From assembly GCF_006345805.1 (NCBI RefSeq), contig NC_042999.1, forward strand, positions 98,890,001 through 98,954,000: a stretch of 64,000 bases of DNA, written 5' to 3'. The notes below the pieces were generated by a model. It saw only the letters and a list, made by a program, of their open reading frames with translations, made no database searches and was not told the origin of the DNA. Shown here one piece after another: positions 11,533-25,569 of this stretch (positions within the stretch are counted from its first letter, which is position 1; each line of letters begins with the position of its first letter). The position numbers and the translations under genes are program-made. This DNA is from Octopus sinensis (Eukaryota).

Positions 11533-14500
11533 ATTATTATTATTATCATTAATTATTATTATTATTATTATTATCATTATTATTATTATTATTATTATTC
11601 CTTGTATTATTATCGTATTATTAAAAGCAATATGAGCCAATTTAGTATGGGGTTATTTTTCAGTCATCTATAAGAATATGTTTATTTTCTTCCCTTGTCT
11701 ACCTTGAGACAGTGGTGTTTTGTAGCTTGATGAATTGTACTGCCAAATATTCCAAGCACAACTCAATACTTAAAATCTGCTAAAGTGATATTTTATCAAT
11801 TTGTTGAAATTACTCATGGCAGGTAAAAATCTGTATTGTATTTTGTCAGTATGTATTCAAATTATAAAAACTATGAGATATTCATGGAGTTATGGATATT
11901 TATGTTATTTTTTAACTCCACAATTTGCATTTCACCAGGTCAACTTATTTCAGTGGATGTTATATATTTCACTGTCTTCCTATTAAAGTTTAATGCAAGA
12001 AAGATAAGCTAAAAATGTTACATGTGTAATTACTTTTTGGTTTATCATTATTATTACTTTGTTTATAGTTGTGATACTTGATGGGAGGATGTTGTTTTAT
12101 ATTTACTGATACCATTGTAGTTACAAATCTTTAATCTCACTCCATACCAAATGTATTCAAAAGTCTTGACTCTAATTGCTTCCACCCATCTTTTGCCAAT
12201 CTTATTGATCTATAAATATGGTACAAGACTATAAATTGCTGGAAAAGAGTAATATTTGATTATATTAACCATCTTTGTTATCAGCCTTGAAATGAGGAAT
12301 GCAAAGTTGACTTATGTGAAATTTGAACTCAGAATAATGAAGGGACATAATTTAGGCTCATGGTTATAAACTTTGGAGGAGTTATATCAGCTGCAGTACC
12401 CACTAGCAATTTAGTTTATGGACCCTAGAAGTATTAAAAGCAAAGCTGAGTTCAACAATATGAACTTATCACTTGACTGATACTTTATTTTATCAATTCT
12501 GGAATAAGAAAAAGCAAAGTGAACCTTGGTAGTATTTGAACTTACAACATATCTAAATATCACAGGACACTTTTTTCTCTTTTGATTATTTCTGTATTCT
12601 GTCAATTCACCTTGACATCAGATAATACCACACACAAACACATACTGTATATTGTACTAGGAAATTGCACCATTATGGAGCTATTTTTCTTTTATTCCAG
12701 TATATTCATTAATTTTCTTAAAGCCTTCAACAATTTACATTGATTATCAATACAATTGATTATATCTAGATAATCTATTCTTGAACTCTAAGAGATGGCA
12801 GTCCTTCCTTGAAACAAACAAACAAAGAAACTAGTAAAAATTGTTAATGTACTCTTTCTTCAGTTTCTTGTGGTGATATCATTCACGACAAGATTCTGAA
12901 GTACTTTTAAGGATATTGATATTTTGTTGCTATTGAACTGATGATAGCTAAACAAAGGCACTAATCTCCAGTAAGCAGACAGGGAACTTTCTTTTAAGAA
13001 TTCCAATCGCATAATGTTATAACTATGAAGCCTTACTTTTGAACAATATTGATTTTTTTTTTTTTTTTAATAAAATTAGGTTTAGGTTAAATCAGTTAAG
13101 TTTATCTCTTACAGAAAGTGTTAAATCCATGCTTCAGAAGAATGAAATTCGATTCCAGTCATTTTCAAAGTGCTATTCCTTTCTATACTTTTCATGCCTC
13201 ATGAAGCAACTACAATACTGTTAACTAATCACTTTACTTAGACTATTTTCTTGTTGTTTTCTTTTTTAAACCAATGTAACTGTCTATCACTACTGTTTGG
13301 CAGAATTGTTAGACATTGGAAAAATGCTTTTTGGTATTTCTTCTGGCTTCTTATGCTTCTGAGTTCAAATCTTTCTAAGGTCAACTTCATCTTTCATCCC
13401 TCTGAAGCTGACCAAATGAAATATCGGCCAAATTCTGGGGCTGGCTAACCCTCCCACTCTCCTTAAAATTTTGGCCTTGTGCTTTAGTCAGAAACTATTG
13501 TTACCATCATCATCAATATTATTATTATTGCCTTTCAAAGTATAATGTTTACATGACTTGAAATAACAGGGGTTTGGGGCTGAGAGTTTGGGTTGCACAT
13601 GTGAGTAGAGAATATTTTTTTTTACCAGTGATCAACAGTTTGATGATCTTGGACAATAGAGAGTGATAGCTGGTTTAAGGTTAGGTTTGGAAATGAGAAG
13701 TTTTAGAATGTTTGGAAAGACAGTGTGTTAGTCAAAGATATGGATATGTGAGGATTCTCACTAATGTAGACTAACTGCTGTAGAATAGCAACTGATTTGA
13801 TGTCTGCACCATTGCTATCAGCGTAAAAGGACTGCAAAAGGCAAGAGGAGTTGTGAGTATGGAAGTTATCAAGGATGATGATATAGAAGACAGGTGAGAT
13901 GAAATAGATCTCATTGAAGTTAACTGAGGCAGCTGAACAAGTGTGGAGTATTGGAATTGTTCTAGAATGGATCAGCAGATATTAGATTTCTTTTATGGTT
14001 TAGTTTTTAGGTGTGAGTATATATGCCTGTGTATGTGTAAATAGAAAGCTATATGGCACATGAATGGCCACAAACCACACTTACTACTGAGTGGCCTGCT
14101 TGCTAGTCAGTGGCCTCAGCTAGAACACTTGATAAGATCATATGCCAAGTTCCAGTTTTATTTGGTAGCAGGCCTTTACTGTGGAATGATTCTCTTCTAT
14201 ACTATCTTACTATTATGAATTCTGTGTCATCTTCATGTCCTTCATATCAAATGACTACTCCAATTGCTAGCATTATTGTTTACTAATAAGTTATCATAAA
14301 GTTCTCTATAGTATCCATGGCTACTCTGCTCACCAGTTAGTAGCTATTACTAGAGAAGGAGGAGTGTTTTAAGATGAGGGCGATTCGGTAAAGTAGGAAA
14401 GTGTAAGGGTGCGGCCTTTGATTGTGGAACAACAGTCAACAAAGAACTTAAAGGCTAATAAGGGAAAACTGTGTAAATATATATGTACATGTTTTGTGTA

Positions 14501-14934
14501 ATTGCTTCTATAATTTGAATTTAATTGGATGGTGTTCAACTAAATATCTGATAATTTTTGTAAATGATATTGACTGAGACAAATTTTGTCAGTCTGACAT
14601 ACTTTCTGAAATAGTTTGGTGACCTCTACAAAATGGAAGAAACAAATCCAAATGTTCTGAAACATTATATTGAGGAAATAAAATATTTTTTTCTAGGTTT
14701 GAATACATATGAAAAATGTAAAAAGCATTGTTCAACAAAATTATAAACCTAATCAGTCAGTCATTGTTAAGGCATCTGTTTTATGCTGTTGAAGCCTGAA
14801 AACATATAGAACTAAATGTTATAAGGTGTCCTATATTTTAGTGCAGTAAATTGATTAAATACAATGCCTCCACAAAAATATTAGTTTTATTCACTCTGTC
14901 TCTGAGAATGTTACTACCAGACAAGTATCTAATA

Positions 14935-14980
<46 letters not shown>

Positions 14981-16931
14981 GTTATGAAAAGCTATAGTTA
15001 AGAGATGAATTTCTATATACTATGTGATATTCCTTACCAATTTCATTACTTCATCTCTTGAACTGGATAAAAATACATGTATCCTTGCCACAGAAATATT
15101 CAAGCTGAGAATACCAAATATTAAAATATAAAGAAAAAATAAGACAGAAAATGGCAACCCAATTTAACTAGAAATGTAATTTTGTTGGAGTTTTCACATT
15201 CAAAACTGTTGAATTTGTAGCCTTGAAAGACAATATCTAATATAAGACTTGAAGGTAATCAGAAAACTCTCTTCTAAAAATACTGTTTTATAAGTGACAA
15301 AAACAAAAATGGATGATAATGATCTGACAATCATTTTAATTAAAAATATTGTATCATTTAAAACACATATATTGTTTCCTCATTTTTCTCTTTGTCTTGA
15401 TTATTTTGTTCAAACACAAAAGTGCTTTTTCAATTACTTGTTGAAAATAGTGAGAAAGCATAGAATCTGAACAGGTTGGTTATTTTCTAATTTCATGCTT
15501 TCTGATTGTTGTAGACATTTAGTTCATGAGAATATCTTAAATTAAACTGACATAAGCTGATAGTTGCATCTATCTGCTGCTGCATATATCTTCCTCTTTT
15601 AGCAACTCAGTTCTTTGACAAATAATCAATCTTTTGCAGCGATAGCTGATACTTTTGACTCAAACCTTGTCTTCTAACTCACTTTACTATAACATTCTCA
15701 TCTTATTTCCTGTTGTAATTTAATGATTGTTGTGATAATAATACAGACTAAACACACTGCATTTCATTTTACCAACTACTATGGGGAACAAAAGCATTAC
15801 TAATGCAAAGATTTCTGTTATATAGATTTTCTAATACTTATTTTTTTCTTCTTTCCTTCAAAGAATTTCAACTGGTAATGTCTGTTCTTGATTCTTAATT
15901 AAAGTTTTCAAAAGGAGGACAGAAATTAAGTTTGTGTAATGAATTTAAAAATCAAAGTAGTACAGGAGTACAAAAACAAAACAATAAACAAATTCTTAAG
16001 TGTCAAGAGGAAAATTTTTCAAGCACATCCTCTAAGTTAACTAATAATCTTTTTTATTATTATTATTTTTGTTATGATAGTGTTTACACTGGGAAGCCTT
16101 TTTTCTCTGCTTTTACTTGCTTATTAAATCACACTGTTTATATTCAATGAAATTTCTTCGCTCCTAATGATTTCTTACAATTTGTAGTATTAAACTGGAC
16201 ACAGAGTTGTAGTGTTGAGGATATAGTCACTTAAACAAATAAACCTCCGTAGATTGCTGGTATTCATTAGATCATCCATAGAGTTTGGTCTTAGAACTGA
16301 AAGGGATGCAATTAAAGTAACAAAGTAATTAGCTTAATACACTTTCTTTTATATCCCATCATCTTATATCTTCACTAATGAATTAGAAGATATCAATAAT
16401 ACATTTTCGTAATTTTTTTATGGAAGTTTTCTGGTGAACATTACAATGATATGTATGTATTCTATTATTGACACTGGCACATCATTGAAAACTGTATTCT
16501 TCATCACATTTGCAGCATAAGACCTTTTAAATTTCTTCTAGACTCTTCTTTTAACTATAATTTGGTATCATAACAAAAACAATGTCAAATGACTTTATTC
16601 CACTGTTCTCAACTCTAGGCTATCTTTTCTGCTTCTCCCCAGTTTAATCCCTGGTTTTTCTTTTCAAATTTTACTACACTTCATCATAGGGAAGGCTTTC
16701 CTCTCCTAGGTCTTTGTTGATTTTGAATTATCACTGATAATTCTGTATCTTTGCTTTTTCTAGGTAGAGGTGTTGGCTTAACAAATCAGCCCCGTGACAT
16801 ATTTTTGAAGCCTAGTACTTATTCTGTCAGTCTCTTTTGCTGAACTGCTAAGTTGAGATGCAAACACACCAACACCACTTGTCAAGTGGTGATTAGGGGA
16901 CAAACAGACACAAAGACATACGCATATAGAT

Positions 16932-18530
16932 GGTGTAGGTAGAAACTCTATAAGATGTACCCAGTGTAAGCTATGGACACATAAGAGGTGCAGCAATGTC
17001 AAAGGTAGGCTAACTGGGAAGATAGTTTTTGTATGTGGCAGATGCTCGGGAGCATTAACCTCCGAAAATCTGCAGAAAACAACTTCCGTCACTTTCCAGG
17101 GGGAAAAACTAGAAGTAGTTGATAGCTTCCGTTATCTAGGTGACCAAGTCAGTAGTGGGGGTGGGTGCGCTGAAAGTGTAACTGCTAGAATAAGAATAGC
17201 CTGGGCAAAGTTTAGGGAGCTCTTACCTCTGCTGGTGACTAAAGGCCTCTCGCTCAGAGTAAAAGGCAGACTGTATGATGCGTGTGTACGAACAGCCATG
17301 CTACATGGCAGCGAAACATGGGCTGTGACTGCTGAGGACATGCGTAAGCTCGTGAGGAATGAAGCCAGTATGCTCCGATGGATGTGTAATGTCAGTGTAC
17401 ATACTCGACAGAGCGTTAGCACCTTGAGAGAAATGTTGTACCTAAGAAGCATCAGTTGTGGTGTGCAAGAGAGACGATTGCGCTGGTATGGTCATGTGGC
17501 GAGAATGGATGAAGATAGGTGTGTGAGAAAGTGCCAATCCCTAGCAGTTGAGGGAACCCGTGGAAGAGGTAGACCCAGGAAAACCTGGGACGAGGTGGTG
17601 AAGCACGACCTTTGAACTTTAGGCCTCACTGAGGAAATGACCAGAGACCGAGACCTTTGGAAATATTCTGTACGTGAGAAGACCAGGCAGGACAAGTGAG
17701 CCCAGCCCACTTATGAATGCCTTTCCTCCCTTGGACACAAAGACCGGTTGAGGCAAGCGAAGTCGATATAGAACCTCATCCGACGACAGACACCCATCCC
17801 AACCCCCCATGCTTGCGAAGACATGTTGGGGCAAGCGAAATCGAAATCGAAATCGAAACCGAATTGAACCAGCCAGGATCCCTGGCCTGGTGGTACGTAA
17901 AAAGCACTATCCGACTCGGGGCCGTGGCACGTAAAATACTCCAATGCGACCGTACGACAGGCACCCATGCCAACCCCCTTGCTTGTGAAGACATGTTGGG
18001 GCAAGCGAAATCGAAATCGAATTGAACCAGCCAGGATCCCTGGTCTGGTGGTACGTAAAAAGCACTATCCGACTCGTGGCCGTGGCACGTAAAATACTCC
18101 AATGCGACCGTACGACAGGCACCCTTGCCAACCCCCTTTGCTTGTGAAGACATGTTGGGGCAAGCGAAATCGAAATCGAATTGAACCAGCCAGGATCCCT
18201 GGTCTGGTGGTACGTAAAAAGCACTATCCGACTCGTGGCCGATGCCAGCACCGCCTAGACTGGCTTCCGTGCCGGTGGCACATAAAATACACCAATTTGA
18301 CCGTGGCCGTTGCCAGCCCCGCCTGGCACCTGTGCAGGTGGCACGTAAAAAGCACCCACTACACTCACGGAGTGGTTGGCGTTAGGAAGGGCATCCAGCT
18401 GTAGAAACATTGCCAAATTAGACTGGAGCCTGGTGCAGCCTTCTGGCTTCCCAGAACCCCGGTCGAACCGTCCAACCCATGCTAGCATGGAGAACGGACG
18501 TTAAACGACGATGATGATGATGATGATATA
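16932..18530 (+). mobile_element. Relatively young 5'-truncated RTE LINE (ORF end at 17699, 3' UTR with tandem repeats, (GAT)n tail) inserted in a SINE
   Basis: One frame 16932-17699 with a single TGA at 17613 (the second copy has Arg here): DSFRYLGD, AMLHGSETW, RRLRWYGHV, RGRGRPRKTW. CpGs are retained. Confidence 0.92.
17790..18245 (+). repeat. About 2.7 copies of a 159-170 bp tandem repeat in the RTE 3' UTR
   Basis: acatgttggggcaagcgaaatcg recurs at 17821, 17991 and 18150. Confidence 0.9.
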
Positions 18531-18531
18531 T

Positions 18532-18870
18532 ATATGGCAAATGAAAGATGGCAGATGGAACATACAAGAATTTTCTTGTATTGCGTGTTCATTTCTATTT
18601 TTTTACCATCTGTGATTTTATTTTTGATCTAAATAATTGAAGATATTTCCTCTGTCTGGCTGCTTTTCATTCTACAAAACAAGAAGATACATTGCAGAGC
18701 TGTTATTTCAACAAGTTGTATCTATTTAGCACCTGATGCAATTCATCTACATCTCTGGATGCTCCTGAACCAGTTGTTGAGGGATTGATGCTAGATGTTT
18801 TGAAACAATTGTTGTGATTAATAATGAATTCTCATATGCTCCATCTTCCATCTTTCATTATTTGCTATAT
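18532..18870. mobile_element. Small element with ~45-bp terminal inverted repeats (MITE or PLE pseudo-LTR relic)
   Basis: atatggcaaatgaaagatggcagatgga versus tccatcttccatctttcattatttgctatat, in a TA context. Confidence 0.5.
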
Positions 18871-18936
18871 ACATAATGATCATTGTGAAAGTGACCATGC
18901 TTTACCAGTAAGCTACCTGGTGTAAACCATTTGTTT

Positions 18937-18979
<43 letters not shown>

Positions 18980-21569
18980 TGATGAGCTTCTTTCAGTTTC
19001 CATCAACCAAATCCACTCACAAAGGCTATAGTAGAATCCACTCAGCCCGAGGCTATAGTAGAAGACACCCAAGGTGCTACACAGTGGGACTGAACCCAGA
19101 ACCATGTGGTTGGAAACTTGCTTCTTACCACATAGAGTCTTCTCAATGAAAACTTTTGCCTCTGTAAGATTAACTGCGAGGCTTTTGGATTCTTGGCTTT
19201 CTTTTCACATTTAGAATTTTTTTCACTAAATTTTCAACTTCAACTGCTATCTATGATAACTCAATCGTCAGCACACAAGCTCTTACAGCTGCAAATAAAA
19301 CTTTTCAGTTATGGCGATACATCTGAATGTTTTCATGCTCAGCAGATAACAGTAAGAGACTTAATTTGATATTTTTCCACAAATGCTGAATCAGTGCATC
19401 ATGTTCATTCTTTGGTATCTGGAGTAAATGGTTGCAGCTGTTCTGTGAGGTTCACAGCATTTGTTCTGAGGTGGAGTTGGGGATGATGATGAAATGGACG
19501 ACAATTTAGTTTTGTACAAGGCCATGAATTTAAGAGGAAGAGGGTAGTAATTTAAAATGACTCTAATACTTAACTGGTACTTATTTGTTGAATGCAGAAG
19601 GATAAAATGTGAAGCTGTCTCCATTGGAATTTGAACTTTGCTCTTCAGAACATAATGAGATGTAACTAAATACTATAAGGAATTAGTCTAGCACTGTATC
19701 AACTTGTCTAGGCTGCTGCTGCCGCTGCTTCCTTATTCCATGCTTTGGAATGTTTTTCACTGAAAAAAAAAGTTTATTCCATAATCATCTGGGATCTGGT
19801 AAATAGTCTGACTATGCTGCATCGAGGAGATTGAATAAGACTGAAACATGCTTGGAGTTATCACCAATTTTGCCAAAGCTAGGATCTACTCCCCATTACA
19901 TAATTTACACAATGTTCAATTAATTTTCTTTTCAGGATTGTCTTCCTTGCCTTTTATAAAATCATTTGTTAAAGCCAATGATTTTTATCTGTAAGTTAAT
20001 TAATTATCATCTTTTTTTTTTATATATATACATTACATTAAATCTAGTAGCCCTACTTAACCATATTTTCTTCATGCAGAAAACATCCCAGAGATATTCT
20101 CTCACTATTTTAGGAAAAGCTGCTGATAATACTTACATTACACTATCTCACAGAGTATGTTTCCAAAACTGAAGCTGTTTTACTTATATTTAGAGTCATT
20201 GTCGTTGTTTAACTCTAGGTCAAACTTTATTGAGCTGCTAATGATGAAAAGCATTCCAGCTATGACCATCCCTTAATTTTAGGAGTAATAACTTGGACTA
20301 CCTTGTCCAATGCATCTTTTCCACATTTAACAGTTGAGTATTACTTTGAGGGAGATAAAGTTGTTATACTCTAGCATGTTGAGTGATCATGTAGATCATC
20401 TCCCTTGATGGCTTGACACTATAAAGTAGTTTCTATGTCAGCCTATATAAAAAAGGAAAAGTAAAGAATTTTGTTTGTTTTATTAATCCTTGGTAAAAAT
20501 TTCATGCTTCCTGGCTTCAGTAGTTTATGAGAAACTAAAACAGATATGCAAGTAATTTATCAATGAATCAAACATAATAAAAACTGGCATATGACTGTTT
20601 TATTATATTTGTACAGATATATTTTGGAGGGAGGGGATGGTAGGCACTTTCTCTTTTTGGCTTTATGTTATCATATTCTAGTGGATAAATGTAATATTCG
20701 TCTTGCCTGCATCTAACCTAGTTCTCTATTTTTATAATGAGTGGATCACCTAAATATAATGATGAATATTAATGACAATTTCTTTGTTTTTATTTTTTTT
20801 TTATATCATTGCACAACATTGATTATATAGAGCTGGAATGAGTATTGTCAATTTGACTACTTCATTGAAACTTATTTTATTGATCTCAGAGGTGTAGAGA
20901 AAGAAAATTCTCACCAATAATAATTCAATATCTGAACAGAGGAGACATTGAACTGAATTTCATTGAATGTCTGTTTCCAGTTTCCTCAGAGTATTTTTTA
21001 CCTTAAAAGAAATTTGTCAATTTAGCTACTAAGGATTTTATTAACACACAATAATAATGATAGACTTAATCCATTGGTCAGTTTAATAACGCCACTTGAC
21101 TCTTGGAGACTGTTAGCAGACTCCTTTCTGATGCAAGGATTCAGCAAAGCTTATTTTAGGAAGGGGTTTCGACTAATCCTTACCATAGAGAGTATGTTTC
21201 CCCAAATTAAGCTGTTTTTCTTATAATGTAATGGTTATTTCTACTTCAGCTACCTAATCTTGTTTATTGCAGGGGGCTTCCCCCCTCAAGTCTGTTTTAT
21301 ATTGTCATCTGTTATATATCTTTCATCTGTTTTATATTTGGTATGACAGACAAGTCACCAATATACTTGAATTTGTGCCACATAATGCCTGTTAATGGTC
21401 ACTCATTCTGCTAGAAAGTGCAATTACATATCCCTCCAATGACACCCAAATGTAAATGGAGTATACATTAGAAAATGTAGTCTTAAATATATGATATCCC
21501 CCAAAAAGAAAGAAATAAAGTAAAATATATTAATAATAATAATAATAATAATAATAATGATAATAATAA

Positions 21570-21785
21570 TTATCCTTTCTACTACAGACACAAGGCCTGA
21601 AATTTGGGAGGGGTTAATTGTTTACATCGACTCCAGTGTGTAACTGGTACTTATTTCATTGACCCCGAAAGGATGACAGGCAAAGTTGACCTCGGCGGAA
21701 TTTGATCTCAGAACATAAGGGCGGATGAAATGCTGCTAAATATTTTGCCCAGTGTGCTAATGAGTCTACGTGTTCACTGCCTTAA
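21570..21785 (-). mobile_element. Nin/Deu-domain tRNA-SINE in (AAT)n
   Basis: gaccccgaaaggatgacaggcaaagttgacctcggcggaatttga; same family as 3820-5630. Similar copies at 10655-10860, 13285-13490, 27908-28105 and 38962-39105. Confidence 0.8.
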
Positions 21786-21868
21786 TAATGATAATAATAA
21801 TAATAATAATAATATAATAATGATAATAATTAATGATAATAATAATGATAATAATAATAATAATAATA

Positions 21869-22061
21869 AAACAAAAACACCAGGACTTACAAACACATAT
21901 AACATACAGAAAATTGCACTACTAGGCACTGCACACATCCTACACAGAACACTTTCCATACAATAACCATCAGAGCATCACAACAAATCACAGCACATAC
22001 CCAAGGCACACAGAGCTGCGCTCGGTAGTGAAGTGAAAGCACGCTATAAAAATAAAACTAT

Positions 22062-22066
<5 letters not shown>
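21869..22066 (+). mobile_element. 3' end of an R4/Dong LINE in (TAA)n
   Basis: IQKIALLGTAHILHRTLSIQ* matches the C-terminus of ORF 487-1233 (VQKIVLTGTSHVLRRVLSM*). Short 3' UTR, then (AAT)n. Confidence 0.8.
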
Positions 22067-22103
<37 letters not shown>

Positions 22104-24770
22104 ACAGTCGAAGGTACAATGGTCCCAGCTTTGATCATAGACCTGCTTGATCAAGGCTGACCTGGGGCTAAACAAAAGCAATAACAACAACCTTGCACTG
22201 GCTAATGGAAAATATAGGCCATATAATTCAAATAAACCAATCCCTATAACTTGAATGAATCTCTTTAAATTAAGTTCCAGAATAGTTTACTTTTATTATA
22301 AGCTCTAATTACATTGCCTTACTTCTCACTAAGAGAAACCTAGTTTGTTGACTATTGAAATTTGCTTTTATATATTAACTACAAAAGACAATTGGAGTAA
22401 TACATTCTTTTATTGTAAAACAGTACTTATATATATTAGATTTTGCTACCTTTCATAGTCTTCTTATTAGATCAGTGTCATACTAAGTCTTGACATCTAT
22501 AGCAGTCTAATAAATCTATTCCAGTTCTATATATTACTGTGCTATTTAAATTCTTTTCCTTTTTATCTCAAACCAAAATGTTTACCTATTGGAAAACATT
22601 TCCCAGAAGTTTCTAGAAAGAACACGAAATGAGTTTTCCTCAGTAATTTTATTTCACACGTCTAATCTTTCAAAACTTTTGCTTCTTTGGCAATAAATCA
22701 AATTTCTTTAGCAACAGAGATGCAGTCATTCCTTAATAGAATTGAATCGAATTATTCTATGTATACAGTTTTGTAAATGTAAATGTCTGGAGCCAAATTG
22801 ATATCCTTACACACACACACACACGCACACATGCACATACATGACACACACGCTCACATATAATTGTTGACATGATTTCATCAGCCTTCACTTCTTGTAA
22901 ACTGATACAAAGATACACAAAGGTATGTCCATGTGTGTAATGCTATAGGTATCAGGCAAATACATTATTACATCAGCCTATATCCATGGAGTATATAACC
23001 TAACTGAGTGGAATGCTCTGAATTAGTGGACAAGATAAAGTCCAAGTTGCTTTCAGATAAAAATTACCTCATGTTTAATTATCAATGGTATTTTATTACA
23101 ACACAAATATTCATGTTTAACATTACAACATTTTATTGCTTTTAGGAATGAAGTAAACAGGCTTGTAGTATATAACTTGTAGTATATAACCTAATTTTTG
23201 AAGTTATTATTATTATTATTATTATTTATAGTAGTAGCAGAAGTGAAAGTTAACAAGGATACAAAGTTATAACAGACTGAAATGGCAAAAAACTTTGAAG
23301 GCTGAGTATGAACATAGCTGCAACATTAACTACGTTAGAAAATAGCATTTTATGGAAGAGTGCTTCATTGGTTGTTGTTCTCCAAATATGAAAATTGTTT
23401 GTGCACGAAATATATATATTTTTTTTGTGTGATAAATACTTCATGAAGAAGACAATAATGTATTTAACTCCACAGGCACGTTAGTATATAAGTGCAGTGG
23501 AACAGGTAACTGCTGACATTTTACCAAATGCTAGGAAATGTAGACTGAGAGTGTATCAGAACTGTTTAAAACAAAAAGATTTAAGTTATACAGACAGATT
23601 TCAGTATATATTTTAATGGATTTACAAATAGTTTGTTTTAGACAAGTTCAGATGTTTTAGGTAGTTATAAATAGTACTGAAAGGATATTGTTTCAGATTA
23701 AAAACCTCCTCTTTATTTGTCTGGTTTTATTTAGATTCCCTTTAGTTTTTGTTAAACACATTTCAAGTAATTTATTCTCTGCCTCCAGGTGGCTATTCTC
23801 TTTTGCTGCAAGAGTTAATCACGATGGCCTAGAATATCAATGCTTTGATGGCCGTGGTGAATGCCGAAGAGTAAAAGATAGGATCTCAGTTCCTGGCATG
23901 CTAACATAGTGACACACTTTCACTCACCGCTTAAAACTACTCAACTTTGCATATGCCATCACTGACCTTTCTTTATTGCATTGTTAGTATAATGATACCT
24001 ATTTCTTTCCCTCTAAAAATATAGAGTTGTTGTGGTAGATATTATCTTCAACAAATGGTTTAAAAGATATACCAACTGTCTTTTTCAATCTCTCTTCTTA
24101 TATGACTTAATAATCCATCTGTCCTTCCTTCCTTTCATTTTCATTCACACATCCCACTTCTCTGTCTTTCAATATTGTATAATCAAGTATATTACTAGTA
24201 CTTAAAATTCAGACTGTGAAACATGAGATGAGACTCATTTTCCAAATATCAAAATTGTAAATCAAATATTTTATCATCTTTTTATTTGTCTCTTGCTGCT
24301 TAGCAACTGGTATTGGTTTGTTTGTGTCCCTGTAACTCAATAGTTTCATAAAAAGAAAGAAATAGAATAAACACCTGCTATCAGCCAAAGTTAACTTGAT
24401 CAAGCAAACCCTTTGAGGCAGAGCTCAATGTGGCTGCAACCCAATGATTGTGACAAGCAAAATTATAAAAGAATAAAAGAATTAGAAAAATAAAGAAATC
24501 AATGAGAAGTACCATCCACATGAAAAACAACTAATTTCGTGTTATCAAATTTAATGTAACAAGCATTAAAAATCTAATTAAAAATATTTTTCCAATGAGT
24601 AAAAGAGGTTATCTCAATGACTAACATTATTTTAATTAGATATTAGTTATGGAATAGTATTATTACTGAATAGCAGTCTTCAAATCATGCTTAATGTGGA
24701 TGTGTTATAAGAGAACTGTAATACTGCAGTATTTGTCCTGAGGAAACTTTTCATATAGATGTTTAATGTA

Positions 24771-25381
24771 TTGGGTTATCCTATAAATAATGCGTGGTTC
24801 CAGAAATTCTGAGCTGGAAACTATAGCATAGAAGACAAGCCTCATCCTGGAAGATCTGTAGAGCTAAATGAGGACATCCTGCAAACACTGGTGGAACAAA
24901 ATCCCATTGTAACTGTTGAGGAACTAGCAGAGAAGCTTGGATTTGGTCATTCAACCAGTCATTCAAGTCAGCACTAGAAGAAAAATGACCATCTTTGGTT
25001 TCAAGACGAAAGGTGTTCTTCCATCAGGATAATGCTCAGCCACATACAGCATATGACATTGCAAAGACTGGAATGGGAAGTGATGTCCCACCCACCATAT
25101 TCGCTGGACATTGCCCCATCTGATTATCATTTATTCTGCAGTCTTCAAAATCATTTGGCTGGAGAAAATATGAATTCAGTAGATGAGGTCAGAACAGTAC
25201 TGGAGGAGTATTTTTCATCATGGACAAGTGAATTTTGAATTTTGCACATCTACCAGATAGATGGAAGAGTATTGTAGAAAATGAAGGAGAGTATATTTTA
25301 GATTAAAAAAGAACTTTGTTTATCTTAATTTTGAAAAATAAAATAAATATTAAAAACTGCATTATTTATGGGATGACCCAA
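24771..25381 (+). mobile_element. Internally deleted mariner transposon
   Basis: TIRs ttgggttatcctataaataatgc / gcattatttatgggatgacccaa, with TA on the left. Transposase remnants EDKPHPGRS..ELAEKLG, HQDNAQPH and HPPYSLDIAPSDYHLF. Confidence 0.9.
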
Positions 25382-25389
25382 TTTAAATA

Positions 25390-25569
25390 CATTGAGATGT
25401 TATTAGCAGAGAACTGTTCTGCACAAGTGATGGATATTCTGTATCACATGGTTTTGATGTGTTTTGTGGATACGTGCTGCTGATTAGGTGCAAAACACCA
25501 AAAGCATGTGATACAACAGTTCCACTTTTGGTGTGGGGACAGTTCTTGTCTGCTTCTGATATCTCAATG
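25390..25569. repeat. Old ~180-bp hairpin (MITE-like)
   Basis: Imperfect inverted arms cattgagat..gtatcacatggttttg..gtgttttg / caaaacac..catgtgatac..atctcaatg. Confidence 0.7.

Noticed and set aside
17790-18245. Regularly spaced repeats superficially like a CRISPR array
   Set aside because: Whole units are duplicated with no unique spacers; eukaryotic LINE 3' UTR.
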